Notes: a model not told the origin generated them from the letters alone. DNA of 64,000 nucleotides from Candidatus Helarchaeota archaeon (GCA_019058315.1 JAHPZH010000004.1:64001-128000); one strand, 5' to 3'. Positions 39,433-50,539 are shown, counted from the first letter of the stretch. Numbers and translations: made by a program.

Positions 39433-40155
39433 TTATTTGTTTGATAAATTTTCTAATGCTAGCGGAACAGATTCCTCTATTTCTTGTTTAGTGACCATCC
39501 CTATTGCTACTGCTGATATATTGTGTTCTTTTATATATTCATAAGCCTCTTTAGGATTAAGTCGTCCAGCAGCTAAAGTTTTCATACCAACGAAAAATCT
39601 ATCCGATTTATCTACGATACTTTCCAAAAGTTGCTGATCTTCCATAAACAAACCTGATTTATTAAATGGTACTAAAATCGCTGGGCAATCAAGATCCGAT
39701 TTCTCTATAAATGGTATTGTCTTAGTGGGTTCATGGGTTGCAATTCCTGGAGTTCTATTATACTCCCTAATTTTTTGAATAATCAATTTTAGTTTTTCCT
39801 CTTTCCTCTTATCAGCAATAGCACCATGGATAAAAATAATTTCAGCTCCATAATTATTTAATTCTTCAATTCTATATGGTTTAAACCAATATGTGCTCCC
39901 TAAAACCGTAAACTCTGGAAATTTATCTCTTACAGGTTTTATTGCTTCTGCAACGCGTCCAATGGGAACTAATTCAATTCCCATTCCACCTTTTTCAGCG
40001 GTTGCTATCAAGAGTTCTAGAACATTTTCTGGATTATTTGCGAATTTCTGACGCCATAACAATCCTTTTGGTCCAAATTGTCCTGCCCCCATGAAAGGTG
40101 AGGTTCCAATGGTAACAATTGGAATTTTTTTTCCTTCTAGCTTTGTAAATGACAT
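39433..40155 (-). CDS. Aldo/keto-reductase-like TIM-barrel protein
   Basis: GTSPF.G..QFG, G.ATH.P, P.N..G..M, MKTLAAGR..P. Confidence 0.65.
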   Translation of the reverse strand: MSFTKLEGKKIPIVTIGTSPFMGAGQFGPKGLLWRQKFANNPENVLELLIATAEKGGMGIELVPIGRVAEAIKPVRDKFPEFTVLGSTYWFKPYRIEELNNYGAEIIFIHGAIADKRKEEKLKLIIQKIREYNRTPGIATHEPTKTIPFIEKSDLDCPAILVPFNKSGLFMEDQQLLESIVDKSDRFFVGMKTLAAGRLNPKEAYEYIKEHNISAVAIGMVTKQEIEESVPLALENLSNK

Positions 40156-40281
40156 TTATTCACCATATTTATCAATAACAATAATGCTAATGAATATTTA
40201 GAATAGAAATTTTTAAATTATGACCTAAAGAATTTTTGAATTAAAGAAAAATTTAAATCAAAATAGAATAAAATTTTCTTA

Positions 40282-41469
40282 ATGCCTATAAGTTCTCATC
40301 AAGATGTTAAAAAAAGAATAGAAAAATCAATTCTTTACCGTGATTTTACCAAAAAGGAAAAAATATATCTATTTTTTTCTGGTTTAGGGTCACGAGCATT
40401 TTATTTACTCCTTACATTCCTTATTTTTGCGAATAACTATGATTTAGTTGATATGGTAGAAAAAGTTGCAATAGGAATCAATTTTTTTATATCTGGTCAA
40501 AATCCTTATGGACAGTGGTATTTTCTACACGCAGGTTTAAGTGGTTTAAACTCGTGGTGGTATATTGACTTCTTTTATCAATATCCTCCTTTATCTTTCA
40601 TTGCTTATCTGCCAACATTAATATATCCTAATAGTATGTATCCTATGGATTTTCGTCCATCCTTTTTCATTATGAATTTATGTATTGATGCCTATGTTTA
40701 TTACAGGATGGTTAAGTATGGAATACGGTGGCCTGCTGTAATTTTTTGGTTCAATCCACTTTTTGGCATGCTCCTGGATTTCAGTAATATAATTTCTCTT
40801 CCACTGCTCTTTTTAACATTAGGATTGATAAATCAAGATAAACCTAAAAAAAACGCATTATATCTTGGACTTGCAACTCTTTCATATACTTATTCAATAA
40901 TAGTTCTTGCTTTTTTCTTCTTTCATTACCTAGATAAAGAAAATATTAAACAATTTTTCATAGGGTTGTTATTTCCCCTCGGAATTTTTGCTGTATTTTT
41001 GATGTGGGGTCCTATGACCTTTATTTCTGATCTCTTTTTCTCACAATTTGGTCATCCCCCATATTCCTTTGAAAACACTCCCTATGCTATTCCCGTGCTT
41101 CATATAGCGTCTATCCCTACATATTTTTACACTTTTATAAAACCCTATAGTCCAGTTATCTATTTAAGAAGTTTAGGTTTAATCCCATGGATTAATGGAT
41201 ATTCGGGGATTTGGTGGGGTGGTCCGATTATAACATCCTATCTGTACATAGGAATTTTTGTAATTTCACTTTATTTTATATATAGTTACTTTAAATATCA
41301 CCAAAAAGATATGTTTTATACGATTGGTTATCCATTCTTAATACTTGCACTCCTAGTAATCTCTACACCAGGGGGGTATGGTCATTATTCCGTTATACCA
41401 CTAGCAGTTTCAATTTTTGGTTGGCGTTGGAAAGAAAAACGAGAAAAAAATAAGAAAGAAGAAATTTAA
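40282..41469 (+). CDS. GT-C-fold membrane glycosyltransferase-like protein (GT87/PIG-M-like), copy 1
   Basis: G.NPY, YQYPPLS, W.NP; multiple TM helices. Confidence 0.65.
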   Translation: MPISSHQDVKKRIEKSILYRDFTKKEKIYLFFSGLGSRAFYLLLTFLIFANNYDLVDMVEKVAIGINFFISGQNPYGQWYFLHAGLSGLNSWWYIDFFYQYPPLSFIAYLPTLIYPNSMYPMDFRPSFFIMNLCIDAYVYYRMVKYGIRWPAVIFWFNPLFGMLLDFSNIISLPLLFLTLGLINQDKPKKNALYLGLATLSYTYSIIVLAFFFFHYLDKENIKQFFIGLLFPLGIFAVFLMWGPMTFISDLFFSQFGHPPYSFENTPYAIPVLHIASIPTYFYTFIKPYSPVIYLRSLGLIPWINGYSGIWWGGPIITSYLYIGIFVISLYFIYSYFKYHQKDMFYTIGYPFLILALLVISTPGGYGHYSVIPLAVSIFGWRWKEKREKNKKEEI

Positions 41470-41568
41470 GCTTTCAAAAGCTAGATATTTTTTTGTAAAT
41501 TAAAAAAAGTCTATTTGCTCAAATTTAAACAAAACATTTTTTAGAACTTAAAATTTCTATGTTAGTCT

Positions 41569-42735
41569 ATGGGAAAAAATCCAGAATGTTTTCGTTTGCG
41601 TCCATGGGATAGGAGAGATAAAATTAATGTTTTCCTTTGTGGACTTGCATCTCGCGTAATTTACATAATTCTAACTTTCTTAATTTTTGCAAATACTCAT
41701 GATTTAGTTGATATGGTAGAAAAAGTAGCAATAGGAATGAATTATTTCATTTCAGGACAAAATCCATATGGTAGTTGGTATTTTCTACATGCGGGAGAAA
41801 GTAATTTATTTTCATGGTGGTATATAGATTTCTTTTACCAATATCCTCCGTTATCATTTATTGCATATCTACCGACCATGCTATATCCAAATAGTATGTA
41901 TCCTATGGATTTTCGTCCATCATTTTTCATTATGAATTTTTTTATTGATATGTATATTTTTTACAAGCTATTAAATCATAAAGTAAGATGGCCAGCTATC
42001 TTGTTTTGGGGTAATCCGCTTTTTGGCATGCTACTTGATTTCAGCACAATAACTTCTCTCCCTTTATTATTTTTAACTTTAGGATTAATAAATTCCGAAA
42101 AACCTAGAAGAAATGCGTTTTATCTTGGTTTAGCAACTCTTTCTTATACTTATTCGATAATCGTTCTTGGGTTTTTCTTCTTTCATTATTTAGATAAAGA
42201 AAATATTAAAGAATTTTTTATTGGTCTTTTAATTCCTCTCTCTATTTTTAGTATATTTCTTATTTGGAATCCCACAGCATTAATTTCTAATCTATTTTTC
42301 TCACAATTTGGTCATCCTCCCTATTCATTTAGTAATACGCCATATGAAATCCCTGCTTTACACATTTGTTCAATCCCTCCATATTTTTATACATTTATTA
42401 AACCATATAAACCTACGATTTATTTATCCAGTATAGGTTTAATACCCGGAGTTAATGGATATTCTGGAATTTGGTGGGGCGGTCCAAATATATCTCCCTA
42501 TATGTATATAGGTGTTTTAATAATTTCAATTTATTTAATTTTCAATTATTTTAAATATCATCGAAAATCCCTCTATTACTCATTTGGATATCCGTTTATC
42601 ATTTTAGGACTCTTGGTCCTCTCTAGTCCAGGGGGATTTGGTCATTATGCAGCAATTCCTGCACTTATAGCAGTTTTTGCATGGGAACAGAGAAAAATCC
42701 GTTATAAAGCTGAACCTAAAGAATCTTCAGAATGA
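41569..42735 (+). CDS. GT-C-fold membrane glycosyltransferase-like protein, copy 2
   Basis: Close tandem paralog of 40282-41469. Confidence 0.65.
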   Translation: MGKNPECFRLRPWDRRDKINVFLCGLASRVIYIILTFLIFANTHDLVDMVEKVAIGMNYFISGQNPYGSWYFLHAGESNLFSWWYIDFFYQYPPLSFIAYLPTMLYPNSMYPMDFRPSFFIMNFFIDMYIFYKLLNHKVRWPAILFWGNPLFGMLLDFSTITSLPLLFLTLGLINSEKPRRNAFYLGLATLSYTYSIIVLGFFFFHYLDKENIKEFFIGLLIPLSIFSIFLIWNPTALISNLFFSQFGHPPYSFSNTPYEIPALHICSIPPYFYTFIKPYKPTIYLSSIGLIPGVNGYSGIWWGGPNISPYMYIGVLIISIYLIFNYFKYHRKSLYYSFGYPFIILGLLVLSSPGGFGHYAAIPALIAVFAWEQRKIRYKAEPKESSE

Positions 42736-42832
42736 AATGAAGCTTAATATATTCTTTATTATAAAACTAATTATATTCAAATAGATCTTTCAAGTCAGAA
42801 TTATTTTTTTAAAATTTAAGAGGTCAAATAAA

Positions 42833-44296
42833 ATGAGTGGAAATCTCATCCTTATATTCGATGTAGGAACCACTGGGACTAGATCTATTATTTTTGATGT
42901 CCAAGGAAATGAGATTGGTAGATCATACGAAGAATATCCAAAGGAGAAACAGCCACCGGGTGTTTCAGAGCAAAACCCAAAAATCTGGTGGAATGCGATC
43001 AAAAATACAAGTACAAATGCGATTAAAGCTGCAAAAATAACCCCTAATGATATAGTTGGGATAAGTGCTTGTTTTTTTAGAGCTACTACTGCAGCAATAG
43101 ACAAAGAAGGAAATGTGCTATATCCAGCAATAACATGGATGGATGAAAGAAAATCCGAATCTGCTGAAAAACATGCTGATTTAATTGGAGAGTTGCGAAG
43201 AGCAATAAATAGAATTCTTTGGATTAAAGATAATAAACCAGATATTTTTGAAAAAACTTACAAATTTATTCAACCAGATTCTTTTATTTACAAAAAATTG
43301 GCAGACATATTTGCGACAGATTATTCAAATGCTATTTATGGAATTCTAGATTATGATACATTAAAATTATCTACCGATTTATCAGATCAATTTGGTATTC
43401 CAATGGATAAATGGGTTGATGTTTATGAATCAGGCAAAATAATAGGTGAATTGACATCAGAAGCAGCAAACGAACTTAACCTTCCAAAAGGATTACCAAT
43501 CATAATGGGGGGAGCAGATCAACAGTGTGCAGCATTAGGTCTTGGAACGATGATTGGTGAAATAAAAGCAACAACTGGGACTGGGACATTTGTAGATGCG
43601 GTCACTGATAAACCAGTATTTGACAAAACTAATGTATTATTTACATTACCACATGTTGTTAAAGGAGAATGGGTATTGGAAGGAGCTATGCCAGGAACAG
43701 GAGCTGCGTTAAGGTGGTTTAGAGATAATTTTTCAGAAAGACAATGTATCGAAGCTGAACTACAAAATAAAGATCCATTTAAATTATTGGAAGAAGAAGC
43801 AAAAGAAGTTCCTGCCGGATCTGGTGGACTTTTAATTATTCCTCTGTATTCATTTATGAAGGCTACAGTCCATGGTATGGGTTTTGGTCACAGCCGCAGT
43901 TTTTGGATACGAGCAATAATGGAATCAGCAGCATTAAGCATTAGATTATATCTGAGTTTTATTGAACCTATGACTCAAAGGATTAAAGAACTTAAAATCG
44001 ATGGTGGGGCAACAAAATCAGATTTATGGACTCAAATTCAAGCAGATGTAACTGGAAAGACCGTATTAATTCCGAAAATCGTTGATGGGGCAGCAATGGG
44101 TGCTGCTATCCTTGGTTTTCTTGGTACAAAAAATTATGGAACGATTGAAGATGCAGTTAAAAATATGGTAAAATATATTGATAAAAAAGAACCCAATTCA
44201 GCGAATAAAAAGGTATATAAGAAATTATTTCGTGTTTTTGAATCTGAAACAATTACGATTCATGGTAAAAAACGCATAACTGGTAAAATTTTATGA
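42833..44296 (+). CDS. FGGY carbohydrate kinase (xylulokinase-like)
   Basis: DVGTT..R, EQ.P..WW, W.D.R, GGADQ, TGT, DGG..KS..W.QI.ADV. Confidence 0.88.
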   Translation: MSGNLILIFDVGTTGTRSIIFDVQGNEIGRSYEEYPKEKQPPGVSEQNPKIWWNAIKNTSTNAIKAAKITPNDIVGISACFFRATTAAIDKEGNVLYPAITWMDERKSESAEKHADLIGELRRAINRILWIKDNKPDIFEKTYKFIQPDSFIYKKLADIFATDYSNAIYGILDYDTLKLSTDLSDQFGIPMDKWVDVYESGKIIGELTSEAANELNLPKGLPIIMGGADQQCAALGLGTMIGEIKATTGTGTFVDAVTDKPVFDKTNVLFTLPHVVKGEWVLEGAMPGTGAALRWFRDNFSERQCIEAELQNKDPFKLLEEEAKEVPAGSGGLLIIPLYSFMKATVHGMGFGHSRSFWIRAIMESAALSIRLYLSFIEPMTQRIKELKIDGGATKSDLWTQIQADVTGKTVLIPKIVDGAAMGAAILGFLGTKNYGTIEDAVKNMVKYIDKKEPNSANKKVYKKLFRVFESETITIHGKKRITGKIL

Positions 44297-44302
44297 TTAA
44301 AA

Positions 44303-45133
44303 ATGTTACGTAAACGAAAAAAATCAGAACGATTAGGATTTTTTCAGAATCAGATATTATTTTTACTAAAATATAGAAGCATGCATGGATATGAGCTTTT
44401 AGAAGTTTTAAAGAAAAAAGGTTGGCGTCCATCCACTGGATCGTTGTATCCTGCTTTAAGAAAACTCGAAGAAAAAGGATATATCGAATCATTTGAAAGT
44501 TCTCAATTACGAGGACCAAAAAAACGAAAAAATTACATACTAACTGTAAAAGGTTTGGATTATATACAAGAGAATTTCTTTTATGACATCACTCAAGATC
44601 TACTTAGAGCTAGATTATACCTAAATCCTTTTCAGGAATTGGTTAATAATTTAACACCATATTTTAATAAGGGAGGTTTAGTTTTAGATTTGTTAAATTA
44701 TATAGACCCAAATGCAGTCCTAAATTATCTACTTAAAGGAAACATCCCAAAAAATATTAAATTTATGAAGGTTTATGAATTTTATAACCTAATTAATGAA
44801 AATAAAATGCAAAATTGGCTTCAAATTTTATTATTTTTTCCATTTTCAATGACTTATAGTGAATTTGGTGTTTCAGCAGTAGAAAAATATCAAGAATTGT
44901 TTAAAAAAATCGAGAAATTCCTCACTGATGATGGGAAACTTTGGATCATTGATGTAGAATGGATTGAAGCACATTTTTTAGTGGATGCATTGACTTTTTT
45001 AGCGACTGGTGATATAAAACAATTGGCTTATACATTTGATGAGATTAAAAACCTATTATTATCAATTAATTTTAGAAATATAACAAAAATCAGTTCAAAA
45101 AATGGTATCCTAGTTATATCCGCAGATAAATAG
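44303..45133 (+). CDS. PadR-family regulator fused to degenerate methyltransferase-like domain, copy 1
   Basis: HGYEL, GSLYP.L..LE..G.I, RK.Y.LT..G; C-terminal VLDL...L...GKL.I.D. Confidence 0.8.
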   Translation: MLRKRKKSERLGFFQNQILFLLKYRSMHGYELLEVLKKKGWRPSTGSLYPALRKLEEKGYIESFESSQLRGPKKRKNYILTVKGLDYIQENFFYDITQDLLRARLYLNPFQELVNNLTPYFNKGGLVLDLLNYIDPNAVLNYLLKGNIPKNIKFMKVYEFYNLINENKMQNWLQILLFFPFSMTYSEFGVSAVEKYQELFKKIEKFLTDDGKLWIIDVEWIEAHFLVDALTFLATGDIKQLAYTFDEIKNLLLSINFRNITKISSKNGILVISADK

Positions 45134-45154
45134 GTAAGGAATATGTCATAAAAA

Positions 45155-45985
45155 ATGTTTCGCAAACGAAAAAAATCAGAACAATTAGGAGTTTTTCAGA
45201 ATCAAATATTGTTCTTATTGAAATATAGAAGCATGTATGGATATGAGCTTTTAGAAGTTTTAAATAAAAAAGGTTGGCGCACATCGACTGGATCGCTTTA
45301 CCCTACTTTAAAAAAACTCGAAGAAAAAGGATATATCAAAACGTTTGAAAGTTCTCAATTACGAGGACCAAAAAAACGAAAAAATTACATACTAACTATA
45401 AAAGGTTTGGATTATTTACAAAGGAATTTCTTTTATGATCTTACTAAAGACATTTTTATGACTAAATTATATATAAATCCTTTTCAAGAAGTGGTTAATA
45501 ATTTAACCCCATATTTTAATAGAGGAGGTTTAGTTTTAGATTTATTAAATCATGTTGATCCAAAGGCAATTCTGAATCATCTCCTTAAAGGAAATATCCC
45601 AAAAAATATCAAATTCATGAAAATTTACGAATTTTATAACTTAATAAAAGAAAATAAAATGAATATGTGGTCCCAAATTTTATTATACTTTCCATTTTCA
45701 ATGACATATCGTGATTTTGGTGGGTCTCCTGTAGAAAGATATCAAGAATTGTTCAATCATATTAAGAATTTCCTCATTGATGATGGAAAACTTTGGATAA
45801 CTGATACAGAATGGATTAAATCACATTTTTTGGTCGACGCATTGACTTTCTTAGCGACTGGTGATACAAAACAAATAGCATATACATTTGATGAGATTAA
45901 AAGCCTATTATTATCTATTGATTTTAAAAATATAACAAAAGTCAGTTCAAAAAATGGTATTCTTATTATATCTGCAGATAAATAA
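45155..45985 (+). CDS. PadR-family regulator fusion, copy 2
   Basis: Same length (276 aa) and highly similar to copy 1. Confidence 0.8.
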   Translation: MFRKRKKSEQLGVFQNQILFLLKYRSMYGYELLEVLNKKGWRTSTGSLYPTLKKLEEKGYIKTFESSQLRGPKKRKNYILTIKGLDYLQRNFFYDLTKDIFMTKLYINPFQEVVNNLTPYFNRGGLVLDLLNHVDPKAILNHLLKGNIPKNIKFMKIYEFYNLIKENKMNMWSQILLYFPFSMTYRDFGGSPVERYQELFNHIKNFLIDDGKLWITDTEWIKSHFLVDALTFLATGDTKQIAYTFDEIKSLLLSIDFKNITKVSSKNGILIISADK

Positions 45986-46000
45986 AGTTGAGTTATTGTG

Positions 46001-47218
46001 CTACAAAATTCCAAATTTATCTTTTATTTTACAACGAATATAGTGGAACCCTACACGAAACTCAATTCCTTTCATATTAAATCTCCCCATTAAAAAGGTT
46101 GCGAGCATTTTTTCAAGTTTTTTATCTTTTGACCCCCATCTAACACCTTTTTCGCATCGTTTTTTATTTAAAAGAACCCAGTTCTTTGCAAAATATTGTA
46201 ATTTAAGTTCTTTGCTAATATTTTTCTTCCAGATTTTTTTGAATTTTGACATTTTTTTTGCATTAAATTCATTTTCCTTTAATACTTGAATGCACGTTTC
46301 TGCTGCAGCTTTAGCAGAACTCATGGCATAATAAATCCCTTCACCTGTAATTGCCGAAACAAAGCCCGCAGCGTCTCCTATAAGTAAAGTCCTATTGGAA
46401 TAACAATTGTTGAAAGGAATTGACAAAGGTATTAGAGCTGCCCTAAATCCTTGTGTCTGGAATTCTTCTGGGATTAAACCATTTCTTTTTAAAACATTTA
46501 GAAATCTAGAATATTGTTCTCGCATTCTATTTCCATGCTTGATTAAAGTTCCAATCCCGATACTTATGCTTTCTTTTTTAGGGAATATCCAAGCATATCC
46601 AGGCAAATCGTTGAAATGTAAGAAAAGATGAACACATCTGTTTTTAGTATAAATATTATCCATTGTCTTTTTTCCTAGTTGGATGTTCTCCTCAATTGCC
46701 AAACCCATATCATCTTTAGCCCATTTATTTTGAAGATTTGAATTCTTGTTAACTATCGAATGAACCGAATCGGCACCTATTATTATTTGACTTTTAATCC
46801 TTTCACCATTTTGTAAATATGTAGTTGCCTTATTAGTGCTTATCTCTATTTTCTGTGCCTTGTTTTTTTCCCATAATTCACATCCAGCTTTTTTTGCTAA
46901 TTTAATTAGATTATAATCGAAATCCGTTCTACCAGATGTCATAGCCATGAGTGGCTCTTTATTAGTTTCAGAAAATAGATTTAACCTATATTTTAAAGAA
47001 GGGGAATAGATTCTAGCAGCAAAATTATAGTTTTCAATAAATGGTCTAATATATGGAAAATCTATGAAAGTATGAAACATTAGCCCTCCTGCACATACTT
47101 TATCTCTTGGGAATTTGGCTTTATCAACAATAATTGTTGAGATGCCATTTTCAGCTAATATCTTTCCCGCCGTAGAACCCGCAGGACCTCCACCAATAAT
47201 TAGAACTTGACAGTCCAT
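46001..47218 (-). CDS. Geranylgeranyl reductase-family FAD oxidoreductase
   Basis: IGGGPAG, FPRDK.CAGG, GADS, GYAWIFPK, GDAAGFV...GEGI.YA. Confidence 0.88.
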   Translation of the reverse strand: MDCQVLIIGGGPAGSTAGKILAENGISTIIVDKAKFPRDKVCAGGLMFHTFIDFPYIRPFIENYNFAARIYSPSLKYRLNLFSETNKEPLMAMTSGRTDFDYNLIKLAKKAGCELWEKNKAQKIEISTNKATTYLQNGERIKSQIIIGADSVHSIVNKNSNLQNKWAKDDMGLAIEENIQLGKKTMDNIYTKNRCVHLFLHFNDLPGYAWIFPKKESISIGIGTLIKHGNRMREQYSRFLNVLKRNGLIPEEFQTQGFRAALIPLSIPFNNCYSNRTLLIGDAAGFVSAITGEGIYYAMSSAKAAAETCIQVLKENEFNAKKMSKFKKIWKKNISKELKLQYFAKNWVLLNKKRCEKGVRWGSKDKKLEKMLATFLMGRFNMKGIEFRVGFHYIRCKIKDKFGIL

Positions 47219-47278
47219 ATTCTTATCCTAATAATATTCTGATATTTAAAAGAAGAAAAAAAGATTAAATTTTTGTTT

Positions 47279-48097
47279 TTACTTGCCTCTCCATTTAGGC
47301 TTTTTCTTCTGTAGACGAGCTACTGCCCCAGAAGCAAAATCTTTTGAATGTAGTAATTGAGAGTTAATTAAACCTTCTAAAAACGTGTTATGTTCTAAAT
47401 GTTTACCATAAGCATGATCGATAAATCGTTTAGCTAGACCTACTGCTAAAGGAGCTGCCTCAATCAACTCATCTGCATAGTCTGAAACCATTTTATCTAG
47501 TTCTTCATGAGTTTTTGCTACTCCTTTAAGTAAACCCATTTGATAAGCTTCATTTGCATCGAAAGTTCGTCCTGTCATCATAATGTCTTTTGCGACTGGA
47601 ATACCTACCAACCGAACTAACCTTGTTGTCCCACCTATATCACTAATAATCCCAATTCTACTTTCTACCATGTTTAATTTTGCTGTTTCAATTGCAAATC
47701 GAAAATCGCAAGCAAGTGATAATTCGAAGGCTGCCCCAAAGCAATAACCATTTATTTTAGCTATAACAGGCTTCTCCATTTGCTCAATTCTATTGTATAT
47801 TGGTTGTAAATAGCTATTTAACCAATATCTGAAATTATTGGGTTTTAATGGTGTTTTTCTAGCGGCTCCTGGATCTTGTCCTGTTAACGTTTTTAAATCG
47901 ATTCCAGCTGAAAAAGTGTCACCGCCTCCAGTAATTACAACTACACGGGTATCGGAAACTTCAATTTCCTCAATGGCATTTTTAATACCTTCAAATAGGT
48001 CATAATTTAACGCATTTTTCTTTTTTAATCTGTTCATTTTAATAGTTGTTATCTTTCTTTCTTCATCTTTTTCAATAAGTATAACTTTTTCTTCCAT
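47279..48097 (-). CDS. Enoyl-CoA hydratase/isomerase (crotonase) family
   Basis: NR..K.NAL, FSAG.DL, KPVIA.ING.C.G...EL.LACD.R. Confidence 0.9.
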   Translation of the reverse strand: MEEKVILIEKDEERKITTIKMNRLKKKNALNYDLFEGIKNAIEEIEVSDTRVVVITGGGDTFSAGIDLKTLTGQDPGAARKTPLKPNNFRYWLNSYLQPIYNRIEQMEKPVIAKINGYCFGAAFELSLACDFRFAIETAKLNMVESRIGIISDIGGTTRLVRLVGIPVAKDIMMTGRTFDANEAYQMGLLKGVAKTHEELDKMVSDYADELIEAAPLAVGLAKRFIDHAYGKHLEHNTFLEGLINSQLLHSKDFASGAVARLQKKKPKWRGK

Positions 48098-48225
48098 GAA
48101 AATCCCTTTTTATTTTTATAGAATTTATAAATTTACAGAGTAGGCTAGTTTTTTAAAAATTTCATAAAAAATCGCTGAATAAAGAAGTAACTAACTGAAG
48201 TAATTAATTAGAAAGAGAAGTTAAA

Positions 48226-49041
48226 TTAGATTAGTTCTTTGACCTTCTCTATAATTTTAGGCAAAATATCTCCAATTTTACCATGAATTACAATATCTGC
48301 TAGGTAGTCCTTGCCAGTCTCGTCTAAATTGATTATAATCAACTTTGCTCCCGAACTCTCAGCAATATGGGGATAACCTGCTGCTGGGTAGACTGTTAAT
48401 GTTGATCCAAGAATTATCATGCAATCACATCGCTGGCTATATGCTTGTGCCTTCATTATTGCATCTGGGGGTAAAGATTCACCAAATAAAATTGTGTCAG
48501 TTTTCATTAAACCATCACAATCTTCTCTTATGCATAAAGGTGGCAATTCTCCATTTCTAACTCTATTAATAACACTCTCTCTGGTTTCTTTTAATCCACA
48601 ATCCATACAGTGACAACCTACAACGTTTCCATGAAGTTCTATAACCTCACAATTTCCCGAATTTAATTGTTGTTGTGCTTTTTGATGAAGATTATCGATG
48701 TTCTGGGTTATTAAAGCTTTTAATTTTCCAATTTTTTCTAATTCTGCTAAGGCTATATGTCCTTCGTTTGGTTTACGGCTTAAAATATCTCCCATGCCTC
48801 CCTTACTTTTCTCTTCATTTTCTGGTAGGTATCTCGACCAATATCTGGAAGGATCTTCTAAATAGTATTCAATAGTTGCTGTCTTCGGATCAACTTTTTT
48901 CCATAATCCATCTTTACCTCGAAAATCGGGAATTCCACTTTCAGTTGAAATTCCAGCTCCAGTAAAAGCAACTATATAATTAGAATCTCTTATTAATTTC
49001 GCCGCAAGCGCAATTCTTTTTTCAATTTCTTCTTCATCCAA
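48226..49041 (-). CDS. cobB: NAD-dependent protein deacylase (Sir2/CobB)
   Basis: TGAGISTESGIPDFRG, TQNID.LH, ELHG, Zn-binding Cys pairs, FGE.L, GS.L.VYPAA. Confidence 0.93.
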   Translation of the reverse strand: MDEEEIEKRIALAAKLIRDSNYIVAFTGAGISTESGIPDFRGKDGLWKKVDPKTATIEYYLEDPSRYWSRYLPENEEKSKGGMGDILSRKPNEGHIALAELEKIGKLKALITQNIDNLHQKAQQQLNSGNCEVIELHGNVVGCHCMDCGLKETRESVINRVRNGELPPLCIREDCDGLMKTDTILFGESLPPDAIMKAQAYSQRCDCMIILGSTLTVYPAAGYPHIAESSGAKLIIINLDETGKDYLADIVIHGKIGDILPKIIEKVKELI

Positions 49042-49059
49042 AACTTACACCTAAATATT

Positions 49060-50505
49060 TTATTCTAAATTATCAGTCAAATTTCTCAATTCAATTCTAA
49101 TCTGCTTTAAAGCTTTATTTTTTAATTTTCTATTGACTTCAAAACTATATGTCCTAGTTAATTGGAGAAATTTAAGATCATTTTCATCTAAAATAACATC
49201 ATGTTTTGTTTTAAATTTCTCTAAATGAATATCAATTTCCTGATCTTTAATAACTTTATCAATATCTTGATACAAATTTTTATTCCTATCAATAATTTGT
49301 CCTAATCGTTCATTAAGATATTTTAAATAAGAATTAATCGAATTTAACTTTTTAATTCTATTCTCTTTTTTATAATAATCCAACAGGTATTTATCAATTT
49401 CAAAGAATATTTTTAATTCCCCAATAACCTCCATCATAGCTAAATTTTCTTTAATCCTTAAAATATTTTTTTCAATTAAAGTTTTATTAAATAAATTCAT
49501 AAAATTTGAAAATATTAGCTCCCCTGATTTTTTTCGCCATTTTTGGGTCTCATATAATTTCTTATAAGGTATATTTCTGGTATATGTTATTATTGAATTC
49601 AAATAATTAGTTTTAAAGAATTTTTTTATAAAAAATTTTAAATTTTGGGGAAATATTTTAGTAATTTCTTTTTCAAAATCAAAAAAATGTTCAAAAAATT
49701 GTTCTATTGATGAAATATTTAATAGATTTTCTAGTTTTTCTTGTAATTTTATACTAGGTTCTCCGATAAATTCTCTAGGAAATAAATTTAATATCGGATT
49801 AAAGGATAAATCACTTTTCATGAAAAAAATTATAAGACTATATAAAATCTTTCCAAAACCAAAGGAATACGAATAAAAGATATCTTTATCTTCATTTATA
49901 GACAACTTATGCAAATCTGGGAATGAATCAAGATAATTTGATTGTTCTATAAGTTTTTGAATATAAAATCTCAGTTCGACTTTATTAATATTAAATAATT
50001 TCGAAAAATTGGAATAACTTATCAAATCTTTTATTTCCAAATTATAGTTTAATTGATTTAATAATAAAAATAATTTAATTTTACAAAAAAAATCCTTATT
50101 TTGAATTAAATTAGGAATGTTATTTTTTATATAAGGCCAAGTTAAAAAGATAATAAATTTTCGTTCTACATTTAAGGGATACTTGGTTTCAAGTTTCTCA
50201 ATTAAAGGAAAAAATTCAAACTCAATATCTTTTATATCAATTTCTAATTTAATAATTGGCTCTTCTACCTCCAATCGAATTTCTTCTATACCTTTATCGG
50301 TTATACTATATTTTATTCTTTTTCTAGTCGCTTCGTTAATGGTTTCTATTTGAATTAATTCTTTATTCTTTAATTGTTTTAAATAATGAAAAAAAGTAGA
50401 ACGAGGAATTTTTTTATCAAAAAATTTTTCCAAATCACGAGAATATGTAGTTCCTCTATTATAGAGGTATTTTAAAATAATTTTTTCTTTATTTTTTGTG
50501 ATCAA
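49060..50505 (-). CDS. Large protein with N-terminal winged-HTH (probable regulator)
   Basis: IL.YL.....YS.DL.....IPRSTF..YL..L....LI......Y.IT.KG; GAGG SD plus TTG. Confidence 0.65.
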   Translation of the reverse strand: MITKNKEKIILKYLYNRGTTYSRDLEKFFDKKIPRSTFFHYLKQLKNKELIQIETINEATRKRIKYSITDKGIEEIRLEVEEPIIKLEIDIKDIEFEFFPLIEKLETKYPLNVERKFIIFLTWPYIKNNIPNLIQNKDFFCKIKLFLLLNQLNYNLEIKDLISYSNFSKLFNINKVELRFYIQKLIEQSNYLDSFPDLHKLSINEDKDIFYSYSFGFGKILYSLIIFFMKSDLSFNPILNLFPREFIGEPSIKLQEKLENLLNISSIEQFFEHFFDFEKEITKIFPQNLKFFIKKFFKTNYLNSIITYTRNIPYKKLYETQKWRKKSGELIFSNFMNLFNKTLIEKNILRIKENLAMMEVIGELKIFFEIDKYLLDYYKKENRIKKLNSINSYLKYLNERLGQIIDRNKNLYQDIDKVIKDQEIDIHLEKFKTKHDVILDENDLKFLQLTRTYSFEVNRKLKNKALKQIRIELRNLTDNLE

Positions 50506-50539
50506 ATAGTTTCCTCTTTTCTATTTTTTCAGATTTACA

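Noticed and set aside
48640-48690. Short insertion in Sir2 (QQQLNS) as another BHB intron
   Set aside because: Pairing is poor and the implied 26-nt excision would break an intact frame.
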